Shown here piece after piece: positions 9,810 through 17,429 of a stretch of 64,000 nucleotides of DNA. Position numbers and translations under genes: made by a program. The notes beneath the pieces were generated by a model. It did not search any database. It saw only the letters and a program-made list of their open reading frames with translations, and had not been told where the DNA came from. Position 1 is the first letter of the stretch, and each line of letters starts with the position of its first letter. This DNA comes from Methanothrix sp. (GTDB taxonomy: Archaea > Halobacteriota > Methanosarcinia > Methanotrichales > Methanotrichaceae), in contig OY821645.1 in the NCBI GenBank assembly GCA_963682135.1, positions 448,001 through 512,000 of the forward strand. The letters run 5' to 3'.

Positions 9810-12139
9810 CTCATCGCCTCCACAAGGCCGGACATCCAAGCATTCCTCGCTTCGTCCATGTCCAGATCGGCCACACATTCGCCTGCTCTTGACATCACAA
9901 TCCGTCTCTTACCTGTCACTGTGCCGATTTGCATCGGCTCCAGATCATATCTCATCAGGAGTTCTATTAGCCGGACCTCACAGCCGGCTTTTGCCTCCAG
10001 GATGAAGCCTGAGGATTCGGAGAACAGGAGCTTATCGGTTCTCATGCCGATTTCGCCGCCCTGCACCATGTCCAAATGCACATCAAATCCAAACCGAGCA
10101 GGTCGGGTGAGCGCCATCTCACAGAGGCTTGCCGCCAGGCCGCCGTTGGAGATATCGTGTGCAGCAGCCAGGAGCCCTTCATCGATAGCATCGATGACAG
10201 CGTAGATCATATTCCTCTCCAGGTCGAAGCGAACGATGGGCACGTTAGCGCCCGTCACTCCCAGAATGGTCTGGTAGTACTCGGATCCGCCCAGCTCGTC
10301 AAACCTGGGACCGATTAGGAAGAGCTTGTCGCCAGCTTTTTTCAGGTCCATGGTAATGGCCTTGGAAAAGTCTTTCATGATGCCCACGCAGGCCACCACA
10401 GGTGACGGGTCCACTGATCCTTGAGGCGATTCGTTATAGAAGCTGACGTTGCCGGAAACAATGGGAACAGGCAGCTGTTGGTCCTCGTAGCCCTTGAGAT
10501 AGAGTTTATTGCAGGATTCGGCCAGGCCCTTGACGCCTTCCCGAAACTCCCAGAATGCCTCCGGTTTTTCGGGATTGCCATAATTCAGGCAGTCGGTGAG
10601 GGTCGATGGAACCGCACCAATGGCAGCCACATTTCGCATGGCTTCGGCTGCGGCAGTCGCTCCGCCCCAGTAGGGGCTGATGCGCCCGTAGAAGGGGTTG
10701 GAATCCACTGCCAGTGCAATGCCAAACTTTTCTCCCCGCACCGGCGCGATCAGGCCGGCATCCGCCTCGCCTGGTCGGATCACGGCGCTTCCCATGACTT
10801 CCGTATCATAGTAGCGGTAGACGTGCTCCCTGCAAGCGATATTTGGCGACTTCAGGATCTTGAGCAGCACATCATTGTAGTCCGTGGGCTCAGCCGCATC
10901 CGGTTCCTCCACGCGGATGGTGCGCGGCAATTCCAGACGATTGTAGCGGATGCCTTCCGTGAGGTGCTTGATTGGCACATCGCAGACCATCTCACCCTTG
11001 TAGCTAACCGTAAATCGATCACCGGTATTGATCTTTCCTACAACGCTTGCCCTGGCGCCCTCGTAGACATTGGGCAGATCCCAGTCCTCGTTGTAGATCT
11101 TGAGTATCTTCTCGCGCAGTTCCGGAGGCGATATTATCAGGAATCGCTCCTGGGTCTCGGCGATGCTCAAAACCTCGGCTGGGAAATCGGCTGCTTTGTG
11201 CATGTCATCCAGGTTGATCTCCATGCCAAAGCCCCCCGAGGAGCCCATCTCAGACGTGGCGCAGGTGAACCCGCCGCCGCCCAGATCCTTGAAGCCGATC
11301 TCGATGCCCGACTCCCGGACGAGCTTGAAGAGATCGTCGTTGGCCTTGAAGAGCACGTTCTTGAGGAAGGGATCGGGAATCTGCACAGCACCGCGGTTGG
11401 TCTCCTCGTCCTCTTCTCGCAGAGCCTCAGAGGCAAAGGTGACGCCACCTAAACCGGACGAGTCGGTGGGCTTGCCGATCAAGATCACATCGTAGCCATT
11501 CTCTCCTGCCAGGGGCGGAGCACGCGAGCGGATGATCTGGTCGCGCCGCACGATGCCGATAGAAACGACGTTGACCAGGCAGTTATCATCGAAGCTATCG
11601 TTGAAGACGATGTCTCCGCCCATGTTGGGAACGCCCAGCGCATTGCCGTACTGCCAGATTCCGTCCACCACGCCCTCTGCCACCCAGCGCACCTTGTTGG
11701 CCTTGGGGCCGTAGGGATTGCCAAATCGCAGGGGATCTGCGGTGGCGACAACGGTCGCTCCCATGCAATTTACATCGCGGACTATGCCGCCGATGCCGGT
11801 GGCTGCGCCTTCATTGGGCAGGATTTGGCTGGGATGGTTGTGGCTCTCGTGGGAGATGACGACGCACCATCGCTCGTCGATGGCCACAATTCCGGAGTCT
11901 TCAACAGGGCCCATAACCACATTGGGGCCATCGGTAGGAAGGAATTCTTTGAGGGTGGCGCGAGAACTCTTGTAGGAGCAGTGCTCGGACCACATGGCAT
12001 CATAGCAGAATAATTCGGTGAGGGTTGGATCGCGGTCCAGCACCCCGGCAATGGTGCGCGCTTCCGGGACGGACATGCCGATGCCGGCGGCGCGCAAGCT
12101 GGCCTCTACTTCAGGATCGGAAAGACCGATTATCTTCAA
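9806..12139 (-). CDS. purL: FGAM synthase subunit PurL
   Basis: MWSEHCSYKSS, ESHNHPS, GAATGIGG, DLGGGG, DCLNYGNP, SGNVSFYN. Confidence 0.97.
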   Translation of the reverse strand: MKIIGLSDPEVEASLRAAGIGMSVPEARTIAGVLDRDPTLTELFCYDAMWSEHCSYKSSRATLKEFLPTDGPNVVMGPVEDSGIVAIDERWCVVISHESHNHPSQILPNEGAATGIGGIVRDVNCMGATVVATADPLRFGNPYGPKANKVRWVAEGVVDGIWQYGNALGVPNMGGDIVFNDSFDDNCLVNVVSIGIVRRDQIIRSRAPPLAGENGYDVILIGKPTDSSGLGGVTFASEALREEDEETNRGAVQIPDPFLKNVLFKANDDLFKLVRESGIEIGFKDLGGGGFTCATSEMGSSGGFGMEINLDDMHKAADFPAEVLSIAETQERFLIISPPELREKILKIYNEDWDLPNVYEGARASVVGKINTGDRFTVSYKGEMVCDVPIKHLTEGIRYNRLELPRTIRVEEPDAAEPTDYNDVLLKILKSPNIACREHVYRYYDTEVMGSAVIRPGEADAGLIAPVRGEKFGIALAVDSNPFYGRISPYWGGATAAAEAMRNVAAIGAVPSTLTDCLNYGNPEKPEAFWEFREGVKGLAESCNKLYLKGYEDQQLPVPIVSGNVSFYNESPQGSVDPSPVVACVGIMKDFSKAITMDLKKAGDKLFLIGPRFDELGGSEYYQTILGVTGANVPIVRFDLERNMIYAVIDAIDEGLLAAAHDISNGGLAASLCEMALTRPARFGFDVHLDMVQGGEIGMRTDKLLFSESSGFILEAKAGCEVRLIELLMRYDLEPMQIGTVTGKRRIVMSRAGECVADLDMDEARNAWMSGLVEAMR

Positions 12140-12207
12140 TTCAGTTACACCTCTGGTTAGCTACATCTATCCATACGTGGTGCATTATGAATTTATCGAT
12201 CCGTGAG

Positions 12208-12246
12208 GAGGGAATGGGGGGAGGGAATGGGGGGAGGGAATGGGGG
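12208..12246 (+). repeat. Three perfect copies of 13-bp GAGGGAATGGGGG (G-quadruplex-capable)
   Basis: Read directly at 12208, 12221 and 12234. Confidence 0.9.
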
Positions 12247-12287
12247 ATGAGATCGGGTGAACGAAGGAAAAACAGAATGTTGCACTA

Positions 12288-13331
12288 TTATGGCCTTAGC
12301 TTGAAATCCTTTAATCTATCACATGAAGTGCCGGGCAGTAAAGTCCATGTTATTAAGTCCTCGATTTTTCTTTGCAGCTGCTCTTGTTTATTTTTTAGAT
12401 TTTTAGCATAATCCTCAATTTCGGTAATTTTATCCTCATATTTGGTTCTTAAATAGCTGCGATCGGATATTTTATCAAGCTCTAATTTTGCTTTTTCTAT
12501 TTGCTCTTTTGAACCATTTTTTAATATACTAACATGAGAATTCATGAGTTGATATGATCCATCTTGTTGCTTTTCAACTGTTAATTTTATGTCATTTGGA
12601 TAATATATAAAGCGTTCACTAATACAAATTTTATAAATACGATTCGAAAAATACATAAGATCATCATCACGTCCGATGCTGATATGCGAATTGAGTAATA
12701 TTGCACCATTTAGTTGATTTGTAATTTCTGTGTGAATCGTGTTACATAATATTTCCGAAGACGATCCCAATCTGATCATCAGATCTTTTAAAGTATCCCA
12801 GTCATTTTGCATATATTTATAATTTTCTGGAAGATGATAATCAAGAATATCTCTATATTGCCATCGTGCCTCGAGCAATTGATATTTGTCCATATATTTA
12901 GCGATTGAATCATAAGGTATATCCTCTGCACATGGCAATTCTTTTATCTCATTCAGCCAATTACGCAGAAAAAGCTTTAATATATCACTATGAGATATTT
13001 GAACCTGCAACAGAGCTGGTCCACTATATGTAGACTTTACCACTTGAAGTGTGTAATACGTATAAAAGACTAATACAATTAAAGTTAAAAACATGATTAA
13101 ATCATTATATAATTGGTTTGTATGAAAAGTCCAAAAGAATAATCCTGCAATAAATCCAAAATATATTAAAGATATAACCAAGAATGGTGCGGCCAAAATA
13201 TTCTGTAGTTCATCCTTATGGGCAATTGAGATAATGTATATAATAATAAAAGTTATTGCAAAAATTGATTGTAATATATATGATAAGTTGTTGAGTACTA
13301 TATTGAGTACTATACTTAGATATTCGTACAT
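12288..13331 (-). CDS. AT-rich hypothetical protein with about 3 N-terminal TM helices
   Basis: 347-aa ORF, hydrophobic N-terminus, helical soluble remainder. Confidence 0.7.
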   Translation of the reverse strand: MYEYLSIVLNIVLNNLSYILQSIFAITFIIIYIISIAHKDELQNILAAPFLVISLIYFGFIAGLFFWTFHTNQLYNDLIMFLTLIVLVFYTYYTLQVVKSTYSGPALLQVQISHSDILKLFLRNWLNEIKELPCAEDIPYDSIAKYMDKYQLLEARWQYRDILDYHLPENYKYMQNDWDTLKDLMIRLGSSSEILCNTIHTEITNQLNGAILLNSHISIGRDDDLMYFSNRIYKICISERFIYYPNDIKLTVEKQQDGSYQLMNSHVSILKNGSKEQIEKAKLELDKISDRSYLRTKYEDKITEIEDYAKNLKNKQEQLQRKIEDLITWTLLPGTSCDRLKDFKLRP

Positions 13332-13423
13332 TCCCTTTCCATTGCTATTACTTTTTATTTATCGATTTCGCACAAATTATAATTAGATTCAAGCACTAAC
13401 GGTAAAGAATCCCGTTTTGGGGG

Positions 13424-13657
13424 TCATCTAATTCTCCTCTTCAATTCATATATATCATGCTTCATTCTGGATAATTCTCTTGATATCTTTTCAACAACCT
13501 CAATAATTTCTCTGTTATGCTCGATTTCATTTTTTATATCTCTTTCTATGTCCTCCTTTAGTAAATGATACATTTTTTGAATACAAGACGTACATATAAA
13601 TTTGTTTCCAATTGATTCAGTGGCTATATCATCGCATAAAAAGCATTTTTCCTCCAT
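13424..13657 (-). CDS. Small C4 zinc-finger plus coiled-coil protein
   Basis: CFLC...ICTSC then a heptad-rich helix; GAGG RBS upstream. Confidence 0.6.
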   Translation of the reverse strand: MEEKCFLCDDIATESIGNKFICTSCIQKMYHLLKEDIERDIKNEIEHNREIIEVVEKISRELSRMKHDIYELKRRIR

Positions 13658-14065
13658 TTAGCAGCCTCACTGTGGTGGTTTATCGCGGATATATAAATAT
13701 TGATGGTATCGATTCATCTCATCATGTCCTGCCCTGACAACTTCACCCAAGAAACTCCGTCACTATCTACTTAGTCACCTCCGCATGGCTGCTCTTGAGA
13801 TATGCTCAGCTCCCCTCATTCTCGCCTCCTGGCAATCAGAAAGCTTTTTTTAGGCGAAATCAGTGAATATCGATTCCTGATTATCACCATTGTGGGTACA
13901 TAGATGCAGCGTGCTTGGAAAAGATCAGCCTGATTCTTCAGTCCCAATGTTCCGGATGAACGTCAAAGTACTATCCAATGCCATTTTTGCGAGGCAATTT
14001 CTGTCACTCATGCTCCATCCAAAGATATGGCCCCAATCGATCCCAAGGGCTTCTTATCAGTTTGC

Positions 14066-14192
14066 AGGTATTCCCGGCCACCTGGGCTCCATGGCATAAC
14101 CGGGGCCAGGCCGACCGTCGCGCCCCATGCCCGCGGGCACCGGGCCCGCCTGGCCGCCACCCACAGGGCTGCCAGGCCGGGAGGGCGAGCGC
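14066..14192 (+). repeat. GC-rich interspersed repeat, copy R1
   Basis: Core GGGCCCGCCTGGCCGCCACC...GCCGGGAGGGCGAGCG; upstream arm shared with R4. Confidence 0.85.
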
Positions 14193-14243
14193 CTGCTCGC
14201 CAACCCAAGGCCGGATGAATTCACAAACGCCATGATTAAATTG

Positions 14244-14553
14244 TTATTTCAACTCTGGTATCTTGCGTCCTTTTTCCGTGCGATCAAAATCTGCATCAAA
14301 GCTTATTATCTGCAGGCCGTACTTCTGTGCGACGGCGCATTGGTAAGAATCATCAAAATCCAAACGGAACCTTTTCGAGACTTCTGCCAGAGCGAGAACC
14401 TCTTTTGGATCTAACCCTATCACAGTTATCCCGGTCTTTATTATTACATCCTTCACGAAGCGAACGTAGGTTTCATGTCTATTTCTTTGGAAAAGGAAAA
14501 CACCAATGGAATGAAGTGAGAAATCCGTTATAAATAGATCTGAGGAGGTACAT
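14244..14553 (-). pseudogene. vapC: VapC/PIN toxin with an internal deletion and frameshift near the N-terminus
   Basis: ATG-MYLL is joined out of frame to DLFITDFSLHSIG...LDFDDSYQ...ISFDADFD; the DTN motif region is missing. Confidence 0.75.
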
Positions 14554-14760
14554 TAGGCTCCTCGCATCCTTCCAATCTCATGTTGGAGTTCCACCGAGGA
14601 ATACTGCTCACCCATATCCTTCAGTGCACCTTCCCAGTCAAAATCTGGCACCTTTTGCTCCTTTTTTAGATCTTTTCTCCAGTAAGAATTCTGCATAGCT
14701 CCGAACTTCTTTTTGAATGTCAGGAGGCAATTGCTCAACGAACCTAGCTAGGGTTGTCAT
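14553..14760 (-). pseudogene. DUF2281-type antitoxin, frameshifted in an A6 run
   Basis: MTTLARFVEQLPPDIQKEVRSYAEFLLEK in one frame, FDWEGALKD...SSVELQHEI in another; shift at 14662-14667; TAATG coupling to the toxin. Confidence 0.75.
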
Positions 14761-14848
14761 TTTTCTCAATCAAATATAGTATGCCCAAGCTTTTAATATT
14801 TATCGGCAAGGATGATTTCGTCTTTTTGGTTCTGGCTGCTACCCGCTA

Positions 14849-14935
14849 GCGTGTCTCACGCCCGTGATCGAATGGCGCTGCCGGGCATCTGGCCCGCCTG
14901 ACCGCCACCGCAGCGCAGCCGGGAGGGGGCGAGCG
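14849..14935 (+). repeat. GC-rich interspersed repeat, copy R2
   Basis: GGCCCGCCTGACCGCCACCGCAGCGCAGCCGGGAGGGGGCGAGCG; upstream arm resembles R5. Confidence 0.8.
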
Positions 14936-15318
14936 ACCGCGGGTCATCAAAAGTAAGCGAGTGCTTGCAGTTGCTCTCATCCATCTGTTAAATTGATGTG
15001 GAAATAATTGTCTATCTCTTATCGGAACTTCGCGGCTTCGCACCTTCGTGTGAACCCGTGATTTCTGCCCGACCGGCCAGTCTGAGACTGCCCCGAAGAC
15101 TTACCAAAAAGTCTCTGTACGTCCTCTGGGCGCTCTTTGACTCTTGTGGTGGGATCGTTAGTTATTAGGTTATAATTATCGGCTAGTATTAATAATAAAC
15201 TGGAGGCTTTGCTTCCCTAAAAATCCAGCCCCCAGAAAACTCCCTTGCCGGAGTCCATCTCCACCTGACCCTCTGGCTCGACCGGGCCTCCTGCCCCCTC
15301 ATACGATCGCTGCCTGAC

Positions 15319-15365
15319 ACCGGGCCCGCCTGGCCGCCACCGCAGCGCAGCCGGGAGGGCGAGCG
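15319..15365 (+). repeat. GC-rich interspersed repeat, copy R3 (core only)
   Basis: CGGGCCCGCCTGGCCGCCACCGCAGCGCAGCCGGGAGGGCGAGCG. Confidence 0.85.
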
Positions 15366-15551
15366 GCTGCTGACTCAGCTTGGTTTGCAGGAAGATCGAA
15401 GACAATGCAATAACCTTTATAGATTTAGAACCGAAATCTAGTATGGTGAGCTTAGATGAGTGTGACAGTCCGGGCTAAATATGAGGATAAGGTCCTTAAG
15501 CCCTATCAAGATCTGCATTTAAATGAGGGTGAAGAGGTGCAGATCAAAGTT
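15350..15551 (+). repeat. 202-bp direct repeat, copy 1 (copy 2 at 17072-17273)
   Basis: Aligned by eye at offset 1722 with 4 mismatches. Confidence 0.92.
15415..15440 (+). promoter_or_regulatory. TATA-like box overlapping inverted repeat TAGATTT-N7-AAATCTA, putative TA autoregulatory operator
   Basis: Palindrome 15420-15440 just upstream of the antitoxin ATG and its GGTGA RBS. Confidence 0.55.
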
Positions 15552-15641
15552 CAGCGAAACCTGGTAGATAAATTCCATGGAAAGATGGCAATAGACAAAA
15601 AGGTCGCGGATGAGATAATCGATATGGAGATCTGGGATTGA
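15456..15641 (+). CDS. DUF104/AF2212-like antitoxin (VapB-type)
   Basis: TVRAKYEDKVLKP...L.EGEEVQIKV; overlaps the downstream PIN gene. Confidence 0.85.
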   Translation: MSVTVRAKYEDKVLKPYQDLHLNEGEEVQIKVQRNLVDKFHGKMAIDKKVADEIIDMEIWD

Positions 15642-16129
15642 AGCTATCTCAATTGCCGGATGGAGAGAGCATATTTCTTGATGCGAACATCTTCCTGTAC
15701 TCAGCCTTTGACCATCCCACATTTGGCGGAACATGCCGGGATTTTTTGACCAGAGTGGATCAAGAAGAGGTACACGGCTATTGCTCGGCATTTGTCCTAA
15801 ATGAGGTCTTTCATAAGCTGATGATATCTGAGATCGTGGATAAGTTCGGGGTTCAGGCCAAAGCTGCTAATAACCTATTCAAGCAGAGACCTGAAATCAT
15901 AAGCGAGCTACGTGATGTCTGGGAAGAGATGGATATTATAAATAATATTAATATCATGATAATAGATGGGCAGATTTTTCCGGAGTTTGTGAATCTATCA
16001 ATGAGATATCGTTTATTAGCTATGGATTCCGTCCATCTTGCAATTATGAGACGAAATGGATTGACAAATCTGGCAACCAACGACGCCGATTTTAAGAGAG
16101 TTGCGGATTTGAAGATCTGGAAACCTTGA
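15638..16129 (+). CDS. vapC: VapC/PIN-domain toxin
   Basis: IFLDANIF, VLNEV, LLAMDSVHLA, ATNDADF. Confidence 0.9.
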   Translation: MKLSQLPDGESIFLDANIFLYSAFDHPTFGGTCRDFLTRVDQEEVHGYCSAFVLNEVFHKLMISEIVDKFGVQAKAANNLFKQRPEIISELRDVWEEMDIINNINIMIIDGQIFPEFVNLSMRYRLLAMDSVHLAIMRRNGLTNLATNDADFKRVADLKIWKP

Positions 16130-16162
16130 AGGAATCTGTGACAAAGACTCTCCATCAGGCCA

Positions 16163-16322
16163 AAGGTATCTCCGGCCACTTGGCTTATGGCACAACCGGG
16201 ACTGGGCCGACCGCCGCGCCCCGCCCGCGCGTGACTCCCGCGCCCGTGAGCGGCGATGGCCGCAGTCGGGGCCCGCCTGGCCGCCACCCCCACAGGCCTG
16301 CCAGGCCGGGAGGGCGAGCGCC
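16163..16322 (+). repeat. GC-rich interspersed repeat, copy R4 (longest, about 160 bp)
   Basis: Contains the R1-like and R5-like arms plus the core; stem GACTG-GGCC-CGCCGC...GCGGCG-GGCC-CAGTC. Confidence 0.85.
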
Positions 16323-16376
16323 TCCAATATCCAGTAGGCTGGATGGACCTGCAATAAGATAAATGAAGCTATCAAC

Positions 16377-16922
16377 CTAAATAATGCCCTTCGCCCTCAG
16401 AGCAGACTTCATCTCAGATACATCGCCCTTCAATTCATTAATCTCGCTCTTGTCTAGGACCTTGTCCATCTTATCGTTTAAGCTATGGTTCATATCCTTG
16501 ATCTCGAAAATAGTCTCTTCCTGTTTGCCGAGCATTTGGTCTTGTTTGCCGAGCATTTCTTTTTGCATGCCACAAATTGAAATAAGTAGATCTCTCATGT
16601 CTTTTAATACGCCAATTCCTTCATCCAGGCGAGAATCAGTCTCCCCAGTTCCAACAAGTTTATAGAAACCACCGAATTCACCATAAGGCTGCGAATATAT
16701 TTTTTCGATAGTAGTTACTTGAATAAAGGTATTCTTTATGTCTATAGCACCCTCGAACAATTTCATCTTTCCTTCATCGCCCTCGGCAATGATTCGAACT
16801 CTTCCATCGCTCAAGTTCTCGATTATGCCTTTTAGACCCAAGCCATTGGCTAACTGGATAACCCTGGCCCTATAGCCTACCCTTTGGACTTTGCCTGAGA
16901 CGAATGCTGTGAGCCGCTTCAT
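16377..16922 (-). CDS. Acylphosphatase domain with C-terminal coiled-coil extension
   Basis: VSGKVQRVGYR, GIIENLSDGRV; tail with MLGKQDQ/MLGKQEE 21-bp repeat. Confidence 0.85.
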   Translation of the reverse strand: MKRLTAFVSGKVQRVGYRARVIQLANGLGLKGIIENLSDGRVRIIAEGDEGKMKLFEGAIDIKNTFIQVTTIEKIYSQPYGEFGGFYKLVGTGETDSRLDEGIGVLKDMRDLLISICGMQKEMLGKQDQMLGKQEETIFEIKDMNHSLNDKMDKVLDKSEINELKGDVSEMKSALRAKGII

Positions 16923-16983
16923 CTAATACATTTCATCTCTTTTTGTATTTGGCTTTTCCTATCATATTACTCGTTGGCCTTCC

Positions 16984-17086
16984 TGCGCCCCCCCCGCGTG
17001 CTCCCGCGCCCGTGAGCGGCAACGCTGCCGGGCGTTTGGGCCCGCCTGGACACCACCTACAGGCCTGCCAGGCCGGGAGGGCGAGC
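16984..17086 (+). repeat. GC-rich interspersed repeat, copy R5
   Basis: GCGTGCTCCCGCGCCCGTGAGCGGC...GGGCCCGCCTGGACACCACCTACAGGCCTGCCAGGCCGGGAGGGCGAGCG. Confidence 0.85.
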
Positions 17087-17177
17087 GGCTGCTGACTCAG
17101 CTTGGCTTGCAGGAAGATTGAAGACAATGCAATAACCTTTATCGATTTAGAACCGAAATCTAGTATGGTGAGCTTAG

Positions 17178-17288
17178 ATGAGTGTGACAGTCCGGGCTAA
17201 ATATGTGGATAAGGTCCTTAAGCCCTATCAAGATCTGCATTTAAATGAGGGTGAAGAGGTGCAGATCAAAGTTAAGCTCCTTGAATGA
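17178..17288 (+). pseudogene. Truncated duplicate of the DUF104 antitoxin (36 aa)
   Basis: MSVTVRAKYVDKVLKPYQDLHLNEGEEVQIKVKLLE*; lies in direct-repeat copy 2. Confidence 0.8.
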
Positions 17289-17429
17289 ATCATCGAGGAG
17301 CCCCAAATGTTGATGTCGGCTGACCGAAATGATCAGCGACAATTGGAGTTCCTCTCTTATCGGATGCCGGATTGTGTCTGATACCATTCGTTCTTTCCAA
17401 TCAGGCACCCTATTCTCCATTGCAATCTT

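Noticed and set aside
1990-11751. Long antisense ORFs (e.g. 2647..3384, 5409..5978, 10421..11452)
   Set aside because: They are shadows of well-supported genes on the opposite strand.
13700-14060. Short ORFs left of repeat R1
   Set aside because: No recognisable motifs; ORFs here and across the GC repeats (e.g. 13978..14235, 16016..16375) look like by-products of GC-rich repeat DNA.
15020-15150. CTTCGC/CTCTG short periodic motifs resembling REP-like remnants
   Set aside because: Too degenerate, and no matching inverted partner was found.
14066-17086. GC repeats as CRISPR, canonical attC, tRNA or SRP RNA
   Set aside because: Spacing is 0.4-0.95 kb and irregular; no RYYYAAC/GTTRRRY ends, cloverleaf, T-loop or SRP motifs were recognised.
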